A stretch of DNA of 64,000 bases. Origin: Spirochaetia bacterium. GTDB taxonomy: Bacteria > Spirochaetota > Spirochaetia > DSM-27196 > Salinispiraceae. The DNA lies in NCBI GenBank assembly GCA_038204425.1, contig JBBRCZ010000002.1, positions 1 to 64,000 on the forward strand, written 5' to 3'. Position 1 is the stretch's first letter; every line of letters starts with the position of its first letter. Positions 1-8,502 of the stretch are shown in pieces. A program made the position numbers and the translations under genes. Below the pieces are notes generated by a model. It saw only the letters and a program-made list of their open reading frames with translations. It made no database searches and was not told where the DNA came from.

Positions 1-1
1 G

Positions 2-174
2 GTTGCCTAGTTAGGCAAAATAAGCAAGCCTGGCTAGCCAGAATCACGTACCGCAGGAGCGAAGGCGACGAGGAACGTGGTTGGCTTTTTTTTGCCCTAA
101 CGGCAACTATGTTGCCTGGTTAGGCAAAAAAATGGCTTAGAGCCGTGCACTTACGCGCCGTCTCTAAGCCATTT
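2..174. repeat. Tandem imperfect palindromes (REP-like) downstream of argG
   Basis: gttgcctagttaggcaaaa (2-20) recurs as gttgcctggttaggcaaaa (111-129) and imperfectly inverted as ttttgccctaacggcaac (90-107). Perfect 13-bp IR aaatggcttagag (130-142) / ctctaagccattt (162-174). Confidence 0.6.
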
Positions 175-227
175 CTAATCTTGCCTTCCCGCATCTGAGG
201 CCGCAGCTTTTGATGCTGCACAATTTT

Positions 228-1568
228 CTACTTTCTATTGAAGCTTGCCATTTCAACTATAGCTTTTGCTGGCCCGCTGATTTTTTTCTTCTTTTGCACC
301 AAAGCCTGAACGCCGGTAGGTAATCCGTACAGATTGATAAAACCCGTTGCGTCTGATTGGTCGTAGCTAGATTCACTAAAGCTAGCAAGATCCTCAATAT
401 AGAGACTATATGGACTGCTACGACCAACTACAATTACGTTTCCTTTGTAGAGTACCAACCTTACTGAGCCACTTGTGTACTGAGATGCTACTTGCATGTA
501 GGCATCTAGTGATTTAAAATGTTGACCAAACCACTTTCCGGAATAAATTGTCTTTGCGTATTCTATGGCAAGAGTGCGCTTGGTTTGTAGGGTTTCTGCA
601 TCCAATGTGACCATTTCTAGTTCACTTATCGCAGTGTGCAGAATTGTGCCTGCGGGGGTCTCATAGACGCCGCGACTCTTCATACCGACTACTCTTGATT
701 CAACAATATCCGACCTGCCAATTCCGTTATCCGCGCCAAATTTGTTTAGTTGTTCAATCAGTTCAATCGGGTCAAGCTTCTTTCCGTTGATGCCAACTGG
801 AAACCCTTTTTCAAACTCAACGGTTAACTCAAGTTCTTGGTCTGGTGCTTTCTGAGGGCTTTTTGTGCGTTGGAACATGTCTTCTTCTGGACGATTCCAT
901 GGATTCTCCAGTGGTCCGCCCTCGTGACTAGTGTGCCAAACGTTAGCATCACGACTGTAAATATTTTTCTTGGTGATGTTGCCAAGTGGAACATTGTGCG
1001 CTTTAGCGTATTCTATTGCCTGTTCCCTGCTGTTGATATCCCACACTCGCCAAGGTGCAATTACTTTTAGATGGGGCGCCAGAGCTTTATAAGTCAGTTC
1101 AAATCGAATCTGATCGTTTCCTTTGCCTGTGCAACCATGAGCGACCGCATCGGCCTTTTCTTTGAGTGCTACCTCTACCTGGTGCTTTGCTTGTAAGGGT
1201 CTTGCAATCGACGTTCCCAGTAGGTACTTGCCTTCATAGACGGCGCCAGAACGAATCAGGGGGAACAAGTAGTCTTCTACAAATTCTTTTCGTGCGTCTA
1301 CGACGTAAAGTTTGCTTGCTCCGGATGCTTCTGCTTTTTTGTGCATCGCGTCCCAGTCTTCAACTTGTCCCACATCTACACAGACGCCAATAATCTCAGA
1401 GCCAGGGTAATTTTCTTTGAGCCACGGAATTATTATGCTTGTATCAAGTCCTCCTGAATAGGCTAGGACTATTTTCTTCACTTTGTTGATAGGGGATGTT
1501 TTTTTTATTCGTGTCTCACTACTATCTGGCTTGTTCGATTTTTTGCTGGCCTTGTCTTTGTTGGACAT
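228..1568 (-). CDS. argG: Argininosuccinate synthase
   Basis: VLAYSGGLDTS, LGTSIARP, HGCTGKGNDQ, KSRGVYETP motifs; basic ~28-aa N-terminal extension. Confidence 0.97.
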   Translation of the reverse strand: MSNKDKASKKSNKPDSSETRIKKTSPINKVKKIVLAYSGGLDTSIIIPWLKENYPGSEIIGVCVDVGQVEDWDAMHKKAEASGASKLYVVDARKEFVEDYLFPLIRSGAVYEGKYLLGTSIARPLQAKHQVEVALKEKADAVAHGCTGKGNDQIRFELTYKALAPHLKVIAPWRVWDINSREQAIEYAKAHNVPLGNITKKNIYSRDANVWHTSHEGGPLENPWNRPEEDMFQRTKSPQKAPDQELELTVEFEKGFPVGINGKKLDPIELIEQLNKFGADNGIGRSDIVESRVVGMKSRGVYETPAGTILHTAISELEMVTLDAETLQTKRTLAIEYAKTIYSGKWFGQHFKSLDAYMQVASQYTSGSVRLVLYKGNVIVVGRSSPYSLYIEDLASFSESSYDQSDATGFINLYGLPTGVQALVQKKKKISGPAKAIVEMASFNRK

Positions 1569-1585
1569 TATTTACTCCTGAAGGA

Positions 1586-1663
1586 TTCTATATTTATGCA
1601 ATATATGGCGTTTTTTGGACGAATATCAAGTCAAAAATGCATATTTGTACATAAAATATACAA
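1586..1663 (-). promoter_or_regulatory. Putative ArgR (ARG box) operators around the argG promoter
   Basis: AT-rich imperfect palindromes ttctatatttatgcaa (1586-1601), aatgcatatttgtacata (1636-1653) and tacataaaatatacaa (1648-1663) resemble the TGAATA-www-ATTCA consensus and lie directly upstream of argG. Confidence 0.5.
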
Positions 1664-1701
1664 TACTTGCCCCAACTTGTCATCCAGAACTAGGTAAAGG
1701 G

Positions 1702-2574
1702 TCAGCGATTGGCTCCAAACCAGTCGCTTGCAAAATCAACAAGAGTTCTGGAGCTCTGAACTAAATGTTTTTGTTTACCTTCGTTGTTTACAGTTTTTAG
1801 GAAAGCGCTTCCACATTCTTCAAAGTCTTCACAGTTGAGGTCAAGGCTTTGGAATGCAGTTATACGCTTTGATCGCTTGCTCCAAAAGTGCTTCTTTTGT
1901 AGCATTGGGACTCTTTCCAGATAGAACTGCTTGCCAGGCCAGGTTGCGCGATGTTCGGCCAAATGCAGTATTGAGCACGATTGCCATCCACATCCAAGCA
2001 ACAACACTTTGGCATCCAAGTCATAAAGTCGAGAAAGAGGCGAGTTTTGACCGAGCTGATCTCCAAGTCTATGCGGTGCAATTACAAATTTTGACTGATT
2101 ACCAAGTGCCACAAAAGAAAAAAGCGGATGGTTTGAGCGTCTACACTTTGGAAACTGCTTTAGACAGCGGGCTACCGCCCCGATTGATGAATCGATGGGT
2201 GTTAGAACTCTATCCCATGGCTCCGAATTGCGCATGACATCTGCCCAAGATTCCTCTGGAAGTCGGGGACTAGTCCAGCGCAGTGGAAAGCTCAGTGTCT
2301 CACTAAAACTAGGCATCACTAGTGTGCCTTTTTTCCCAATTGTGTCTATAATAGCGCCAATAACGGCGCGTTCGCCGCCAATAATGTAACCCAGCTTGGA
2401 AAGCGACACATGAGCAATAACGGTGTCACCTATCTGCAAACCCATTTCTTCCAGGGAAAGGTGAAGCCCCTGCCGGCTCACAATGTCTTGTTTTGCTAAA
2501 ATGCGTTCGCTCACCAAGGTAGCATGGCAGATCAAGAATGCTTGGTAAAGCCCAATATTTTGCTTGTCTATCAA
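1702..2574 (-). CDS. AAC(3)/YokD-family N-acetyltransferase
   Basis: VIAHVSLSKLGYIIGG, GTLVMPSF, RSNHPLFSF, SPLSRLYDLDAKVLLLG, SILHLAE motifs. Confidence 0.85.
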   Translation of the reverse strand: MIDKQNIGLYQAFLICHATLVSERILAKQDIVSRQGLHLSLEEMGLQIGDTVIAHVSLSKLGYIIGGERAVIGAIIDTIGKKGTLVMPSFSETLSFPLRWTSPRLPEESWADVMRNSEPWDRVLTPIDSSIGAVARCLKQFPKCRRSNHPLFSFVALGNQSKFVIAPHRLGDQLGQNSPLSRLYDLDAKVLLLGCGWQSCSILHLAEHRATWPGKQFYLERVPMLQKKHFWSKRSKRITAFQSLDLNCEDFEECGSAFLKTVNNEGKQKHLVQSSRTLVDFASDWFGANR

Positions 2575-2633
2575 GCATCTGATAGGTTCTCATTATTTGA
2601 TCTTCGTACTACAATAGCGCAGAAGGAGTCTAC

Positions 2634-3260
2634 ATGAAAACAAGTCAATCAGCATTCTTATCCTCCTGTAGTCAATTGAATCAGAAGTTGAAGTCAAAAT
2701 TGGATAGCCCAATGGAAGCTTGGCAGATCTATGGTTTTTTTTGCGGATGTGTAGCCGGCGGTGTCACCATTGATGAATTGCAAGGTGAAGACCTTGATTT
2801 CCTCGCCCTTGATTTGCTTGATGAATTGGCTCGCCGCAATGAAGACGATGAACCCGAAGGATATGAAGAAGGCCCGGTTGAGGATCACCTTGTACTTTTT
2901 TCCAAGACAATTTTAGAGGTTTTTAAAAAAATCGAAGAAATGTTGGATGCCAACTCAGGCGAGCCGGAGCTGCCATTCGTCGAGGCTGTCTCACAAGAGC
3001 CCCCGTTGACTCGTGAGACTCTTGAGGATGCCAAACAATTTGCAACTGGACTGTTGCGTGGTGTAGTTTTTGGTGTGGATGATGAAGATGCATTGAAAGA
3101 CGATGATCTTGGCGAGCCACTTGGCCTCTTATTTATCCTAACCGAAGATGACCCAGATCCAGACTTTGGATCGGTAGAAGAAATAAATCAAGCTCGTACA
3201 GCGGTGGCGGCCGGTCTGCTTGGTATTTGCTCAAGGATATACAAACTCAATCGAGCATAG
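2634..3260 (+). CDS. UPF0149/YecA-like acidic protein
   Basis: IYGFFCGCVAG and FATGLLRGV match the YecA/YgfB pattern; very acidic; aaggag RBS. Confidence 0.6.
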   Translation: MKTSQSAFLSSCSQLNQKLKSKLDSPMEAWQIYGFFCGCVAGGVTIDELQGEDLDFLALDLLDELARRNEDDEPEGYEEGPVEDHLVLFSKTILEVFKKIEEMLDANSGEPELPFVEAVSQEPPLTRETLEDAKQFATGLLRGVVFGVDDEDALKDDDLGEPLGLLFILTEDDPDPDFGSVEEINQARTAVAAGLLGICSRIYKLNRA

Positions 3261-3295
3261 ACCCTATGCTGGTTAAGTATATTGTTTTACAAGCC

Positions 3296-3345
3296 GGTGC
3301 GAGACCAGGGATCTCCAACCCCTCTGGTCTCACACCACATTTTTT
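3296..3345. terminator. Hairpin between convergent genes
   Basis: ggtgcgagaccag ... ctggtctcacacc stem followed by a T-run. Confidence 0.55.
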
Positions 3346-4210
3346 AACGATCGCGTTTCCACGCTGATCTAAGCTTTGACATCTCCTTTTCATCTAAGCG
3401 AACATTTCTGATGTACTCGGCCAAAAATGCTGTTGCGAGTCCAGCAACCAAGAAGAAGACTAGTCCAGCAATTAATAGCAATGCAGGGGATATACGTGGT
3501 CTTTGTTCTAGTTGCGCTTGCGGGAAATAGACCAGTGGGAAATCTTTTGAGTCAAGAAGCTCTTGAATTGCAACAACAAGCACAGCGAGATGGGTGCCAC
3601 TTTGAAAACTGGTAAACTTCTCCGTTGCAAGGGGGCTTTCTACGATCCTTCCAATTTTGGCAGCAACTTTCTCTTTGATTTGTACGCCAACTCTCTCGGC
3701 AGCTTGCTTGCTTATGCGCTGCAAAAAACTGTTGATAGCTTTGCTATCGCTGCCGCCGTTATCTATGCTCACCGTCAAAGAACTGTCGTTTTCGGTAACA
3801 AGCATTTTGCTAGCCAGCTGGTCAAATTTTAGGCTGCCCTGAGCTGGTCCCTTAGTTTCTGACGCCTGCTCAAGTTCAATTGCGCCAATGTTGGCTTGCA
3901 ATAAAGACACGTCACGCAACTCTATAGCCACCATAGCAGGAGCGTCGTAATTGTAGATTAGTTTAGTTTCTTGCGGAAACTCAATAAACTCGAGTGTGAT
4001 CGAATTGGAACCATAGCCACCACCTAGGGTATTGACTCCAAGCAGAGGAAACAAAAACAAGCATAGCAGCCAAAACAAGGTGCCAATACCTGTCACCAAG
4101 ACTATTTTTAAACGATGACGAAGAAGCGTGGCGAGAATGTCCGTTAGTTTAAATTCCCCATGTTTTTCTATCAAAGCGTTATCTGAATCGTGCATATGCT
4201 TCCCTTCCAT
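3344..4210 (-). CDS. Wzz-like membrane protein with two TM segments
   Basis: N-terminal FKLTDILATLLRHRLKIVLV TM, periplasmic loop, PR motif before a C-terminal TM and AFLAEYIRN tail. Confidence 0.55.
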   Translation of the reverse strand: MEGKHMHDSDNALIEKHGEFKLTDILATLLRHRLKIVLVTGIGTLFWLLCLFLFPLLGVNTLGGGYGSNSITLEFIEFPQETKLIYNYDAPAMVAIELRDVSLLQANIGAIELEQASETKGPAQGSLKFDQLASKMLVTENDSSLTVSIDNGGSDSKAINSFLQRISKQAAERVGVQIKEKVAAKIGRIVESPLATEKFTSFQSGTHLAVLVVAIQELLDSKDFPLVYFPQAQLEQRPRISPALLLIAGLVFFLVAGLATAFLAEYIRNVRLDEKEMSKLRSAWKRDR

Positions 4211-4368
4211 CTTTCTTAAATAGGTCTTTGCTCACTTAACTAAGTGGCTATCATTATAGGGACAAATCCGGCTGCTTGCAATAAGTGCTAGTTGGTAAAA
4301 GCAATTCCAAACATTTTGCTTGACGTTGTTGATTCAAAAAACAATAATGAAACGTATGGGAGAGTCGA

Positions 4369-4563
4369 ATGTCAAATGGACTTGGTGATTCCGGTCTGCT
4401 GGACGATTTAGTATCCGAAGTTAAAAGAATGAATTTTCCAAGCAACAAACCAGTCTTTTATATTGAAGGCGGTTGGATAGTTAGAGAGAATTCAGATGGT
4501 AGCAAAGTTCGGATAAAAGAATATAGTTATCGACCTCCGCAGACTCCACCATCTATTAAATAG
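4369..4563 (+). CDS. Small hypothetical protein
   Basis: 64-aa ORF with ggagag RBS; PVFYIEGGWIVRENSDG looks protein-like. Confidence 0.5.
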   Translation: MSNGLGDSGLLDDLVSEVKRMNFPSNKPVFYIEGGWIVRENSDGSKVRIKEYSYRPPQTPPSIK

Positions 4564-4605
4564 TTGCAGTAGAGTTCTGCCTAACTTGCATAAACCACAA
4601 TCCAA

Positions 4606-5781
4606 ATGAAACAGCCAAAGCTCGTTACAGGCAATTTTTTGCTACTCTTTGTGCAAAACTTTTTGACCTTCTGTGCTTATAATTTTGTTTTGGTTCTGCC
4701 AGAATATTTGGCCAACATCGGCGCCAACCGATTTCTGATCGGGCTCTTTTTTAATCTAAACTCTTTGGGTTTGGTCCTTTTGGTTGTTCCACTTAGCCTG
4801 CTCACCGATAGTATCGGACGCAAAAAGCTGCTGGTAGTGACCTACTTATTATCTATAATGGCCTACTACGGAATGTTTATTTTCTTTTACGATCTGGGGC
4901 TCTTGTTTCTTTTTAAGGCACTTGCGGCCTTGGGGTTTTGTGCAAGTTTTACCATTTTTGGCGCTGAGATTTTTGAAATTGTACCCAAAGACCGTCGAGT
5001 GGCTGGAATTGCATTGTTTGGCATTTCTGGCCTCTTATCCAATCCTGTAGCAACTATCGCTGGAGAATGGGTTCTTCAAAAGTTTGGGGTTGCTTGGATC
5101 TTCTTTAGCTGTATACTTTTTCTATCGGTGGCAACTATTCTAAGTCTAGGCTATTCGTTTCATCGAACTCAGAAATTTGGTTTAAAAAGCTTCTGGGTCC
5201 TGCTTAAAAAAGGCAACTTACACGAACTAATTGTTATCACTCTAGTCTTTGGTGGTGCCTTCAGTGTTTTTACTACTTTCTTAGCAAAAATTAGCGCAGA
5301 ACGATTAGGCTATGTACAGATTTCACTCTTTTTTACCGCATTTTCTGCAATTGCTATCACCAGTCGTCTTTTGCTTGCGCGCTGGATAGATAGGATTAGA
5401 AAAGACTATTTACTTGCACTGTGTTTTCTATTGATAGGACTGGCCTTACTTGGGGCACTCTTTTTGGAACCGGGAAGGCAATTGCTCTTGATACCAATGG
5501 GGATTTTTTACGGCTTGGGACATTCAGTCTTGTTTCCAGTTTTATCAACTTTATTCGTGCAGAAAGCAGGTCTAAATGAGCGACTGGGGCTAAGCAACCT
5601 TTATGCCGCCGTCAACACTTTTGGAAACATAAGTGTTGCCTTGGTTTTAGGTTTGATAGGAGATGTTCTTGGAACAGCAAGTATCTTTGGAATGATGGCC
5701 ATAGTAGCTATTGTTACATCAAGTTTTATTCTTCTCGAAAAGCGGAAGAAGTTTATGGAGCAAAGTGACGGTTACACCTAG
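4606..5781 (+). CDS. MFS transporter
   Basis: About 12 hydrophobic segments; motif A-like LTDSIGRK and WIDRIRK. Confidence 0.9.
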   Translation: MKQPKLVTGNFLLLFVQNFLTFCAYNFVLVLPEYLANIGANRFLIGLFFNLNSLGLVLLVVPLSLLTDSIGRKKLLVVTYLLSIMAYYGMFIFFYDLGLLFLFKALAALGFCASFTIFGAEIFEIVPKDRRVAGIALFGISGLLSNPVATIAGEWVLQKFGVAWIFFSCILFLSVATILSLGYSFHRTQKFGLKSFWVLLKKGNLHELIVITLVFGGAFSVFTTFLAKISAERLGYVQISLFFTAFSAIAITSRLLLARWIDRIRKDYLLALCFLLIGLALLGALFLEPGRQLLLIPMGIFYGLGHSVLFPVLSTLFVQKAGLNERLGLSNLYAAVNTFGNISVALVLGLIGDVLGTASIFGMMAIVAIVTSSFILLEKRKKFMEQSDGYT

Positions 5782-5802
5782 AGAACTCCCTGCTGCAATT
5801 GC

Positions 5803-5839
5803 AAAAAAAAAGCTGTCCAACTATTTGAGCTTGGACAGC
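5803..5839 (-). terminator. Rho-independent terminator of the FecR operon
   Basis: gctgtccaa/ttggacagc stem; A-run on + gives a U-tail on -. Confidence 0.7.
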
Positions 5840-5867
5840 GTGAGGCATTGCGTCAATAGGCTAAAAA

Positions 5868-6560
5868 TTAGCGAATTGTTATAACTACTGTTGCTTTACC
5901 GAATCGCAAGTTGTTGACGATGTCATCGGTTACTCGGGAAGTATCCCCAGAATCCGACTGATCTTCCCCTTGTCTGGTATTGACATCAGAAGCGATTGTT
6001 AATAGTTCTTGATTGTCTACGCCACTGCCGTCTGCGCTGGACTCGGCGGATTCGCCTTGACCGACAGAAATGTTGTCGCCAGAAGGTGTTTCAAAAGAGA
6101 CTACGCCTTTTTCTACCGTCACTGTTTCTCCGTCAAACTCAAAGATAGTCCCTCGCACCGAGGCTGTGGCTACCGGGCTCTTTATGGTGAGTGGCTGGCG
6201 AATATTGCCGGCTGGGGGAAGTTCTGCTCGAACCCTGCCAACCTGTAAGACTACGTCACCCTTGCTGATCAATCCGGCAGATATTGCTAGCTCACGAATC
6301 GTAATTCGACTCATCGCTCGAGCAGTTAGGGTAGCTCTGCCGAGTGCCAAAATTGCTTCCGACCGAAAGCCGGTCGAAATTGTGCCGCCCAAGGGAATAG
6401 CCTGTCCTTGTCGCGCTGCTGTCCATCGACCATTGACCAAGATCTCTACCTTGCCCTTGATGGACTGGATGGTAGCCGATTCTTGTGCAAAGGCCGCTAA
6501 GGGCATTGCCACCATGAGGGTGAGCAACAAGCCCACCATTATGTGTATCTTCTTCATCAT
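5868..6560 (-). CDS. Secreted FecR-domain protein
   Basis: Signal peptide; IKGKVEI, ISTGFRSEA, IKSPVATASVRGTIF, VEKGVV FecR signature. Confidence 0.85.
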   Translation of the reverse strand: MMKKIHIMVGLLLTLMVAMPLAAFAQESATIQSIKGKVEILVNGRWTAARQGQAIPLGGTISTGFRSEAILALGRATLTARAMSRITIRELAISAGLISKGDVVLQVGRVRAELPPAGNIRQPLTIKSPVATASVRGTIFEFDGETVTVEKGVVSFETPSGDNISVGQGESAESSADGSGVDNQELLTIASDVNTRQGEDQSDSGDTSRVTDDIVNNLRFGKATVVITIR

Positions 6561-6577
6561 TGATACCTCCTGATATC

Positions 6578-7966
6578 TTAGAGTCCTAGATTGAGCTCCA
6601 GCTTTAGGAGCATTTCATTGTTTCGATCTATGGCTTCGCTTGGAGCAAAGAACCCGTAAGTGAAGCTCAGTCCCCATTCCGAGCTAATGCGAAGGTCCAC
6701 CTTAAGGTCAGCTTCGTAGCCCAAGAAGTACAATTGACTTCCATTGACTAGTCCTGAAATTCCACCGGCCTCTGCATCGTATGGTCGCGCAAAAAAGTAG
6801 CTATTCAGTGCAATTCTTAGGTTCTCGTCGGGTTTGATTGACAAAGAAAGCTTGCTTTCAGAAATGTTGTTGAGCTGGGGAATTAGAATCTCTGAACTTC
6901 CTCGTGGTGTAATGGTACTAAAGCCGCTATAGTCCCCAGAAACGTTGCTTGAGGCATCACTTCCGGTGGCGTCGGCATCAAAGCCACCTAGAATACTTTC
7001 TATGCCAATTTTTAAGTTGGCTGCTTCAGGAAAAAACAGGCTAAAGTTAAGGTAGGCCATACCTGCAAGGGTATTGATCTGCTCGTAGGCGTTACCAATG
7101 CTGTAAGTACCACCAACAGGCGTAATCTGACTTGCATACTGAAAGTAACCGCCCGCTTCATAAAAGAGCGGTCCGGCAATTTTGCCCTTTAGATGGCCAC
7201 CAGCGTAAAGTGAATTGATTCTGCTAGAGGTTTCGGTAGTGTCCGCCACCAAGTCTCCAACCTGCTTAATGTCTTGGGAAAGATCAATTTGGGCACTACC
7301 TGCTAAGGCGAGGGTTTGACCGCCAGCGAAGCGTGGAAACAAGAATTCGTTTACCAATAAGAGCCTTGGAACCGCAAGTATTTTGGTATCGTCAAGCAAA
7401 TTGGCAATATCAGCTGCGTTCAATAGAAATCCTGAAGAATGGTTGAATAGGAGCGCGGATGTTCCGGCTGAAAACTTCCAAACAAAGCTAGGGAACACTA
7501 CATCAAAATCACCGGGCTGCGAAAGGGGGATTGTCAATGTGTTTTGGATGCCGTCCAACTTATGCGAAAGAATCACACCGCTGGTGTCCGTAAAAAGACT
7601 GCGACCAACGACAAGTAAGTTTGATGGCCCTGCGGCTGCTTTGTCGGCAAATAGCAATCGGATAAAAAGCTCATCGAGATCACCATTAAAAATAATGGTA
7701 TCAGAATCCAATAGATATTCCAACGTTAGATTTCCTCTAATGGAAACATAGTTAGCCTGATCGATATTAAAGCGTGCCCACAATTCTGCCACGCTCTCAT
7801 TGCTATACCCAACTATGTTGTCGTCGAGATCAAATGTCGCATTGTGGAGGGTGCTGAGGTTGCCGCCAAGGTCAACCGCAGCGAGTGGGACTAGTCCAGT
7901 ACTTATCAACAAAACAAGCGAAAAAAGTGCGCATTTTGTAAAGAAAAACGAAGTTAGTTTTTTCAT
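6578..7966 (-). CDS. Putative outer-membrane beta-barrel protein
   Basis: Signal peptide; alternating amphipathic strands; GYEADLKVDLRI, GLSFTYGFFAP and terminal LKLELNLGL strand. Confidence 0.6.
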   Translation of the reverse strand: MKKLTSFFFTKCALFSLVLLISTGLVPLAAVDLGGNLSTLHNATFDLDDNIVGYSNESVAELWARFNIDQANYVSIRGNLTLEYLLDSDTIIFNGDLDELFIRLLFADKAAAGPSNLLVVGRSLFTDTSGVILSHKLDGIQNTLTIPLSQPGDFDVVFPSFVWKFSAGTSALLFNHSSGFLLNAADIANLLDDTKILAVPRLLLVNEFLFPRFAGGQTLALAGSAQIDLSQDIKQVGDLVADTTETSSRINSLYAGGHLKGKIAGPLFYEAGGYFQYASQITPVGGTYSIGNAYEQINTLAGMAYLNFSLFFPEAANLKIGIESILGGFDADATGSDASSNVSGDYSGFSTITPRGSSEILIPQLNNISESKLSLSIKPDENLRIALNSYFFARPYDAEAGGISGLVNGSQLYFLGYEADLKVDLRISSEWGLSFTYGFFAPSEAIDRNNEMLLKLELNLGL

Positions 7967-8415
7967 TCTTTTGCCTCATTATACGTTAGAATTTTACCAA
8001 TGATTCGCAGAGCCAGTTCACCACTAAGCTCTTCATCTGGCCAGCTATTCTGACCAACGAAGCCGAGATACTGGAATTCTCTCAACCCGTAGCGTGATCC
8101 AGGAAAGAGTGAATACCACATTCCAGCCGGAAGTTTAAAAGCTTGCATGAGTAAATAACAATATTCGCCCAAGTTAATTTTCTGGTCTGCATTCACTTCT
8201 TTGAATCCCCAGGATTTTTCTGCTACGGCTTTGCTGGCCCCGGCGATGTCAAAGGAGTTGTTTACGTCCTCCACCGCGGAAATAGCTAGGAAAGCGGCCT
8301 GTCCGAATGAAAGCGTCGGCGCTGCTATGATCTGATCCACAATTAAGTTGGATTGAGCACTTACCCCCACTGTCATAGCGCTGAGCAGCAAATATACAAG
8401 TAAATGTCTTTTCAT
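7963..8415 (-). CDS. Secreted hypothetical protein, weak SLH-like repeats
   Basis: Signal peptide; LSFGQAA, INLGEYCYLLMQAF and LSGELALRII repeats; 4-bp overlap with the next gene. Confidence 0.6.
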   Translation of the reverse strand: MKRHLLVYLLLSAMTVGVSAQSNLIVDQIIAAPTLSFGQAAFLAISAVEDVNNSFDIAGASKAVAEKSWGFKEVNADQKINLGEYCYLLMQAFKLPAGMWYSLFPGSRYGLREFQYLGFVGQNSWPDEELSGELALRIIGKILTYNEAKE

Positions 8416-8470
8416 TTAAAACTCCCATAGATTACAATAACAATAGTGTATTATCTTTTTCCTTAACAGT

Positions 8471-8502
8471 CTATCAGGAGTTTTCACTATCAGGAGTTTT
8501 CA
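8471..8502 (+). repeat. Perfect 16-bp tandem duplication containing the RBS
   Basis: ctatcaggagttttca at 8471-8486 and 8487-8502. Confidence 0.9.

Noticed and set aside
93..125. gccctaac...gttaggc as an integron attC site
   Set aside because: Only about 33 bp, too short, and better explained as part of the larger palindrome.
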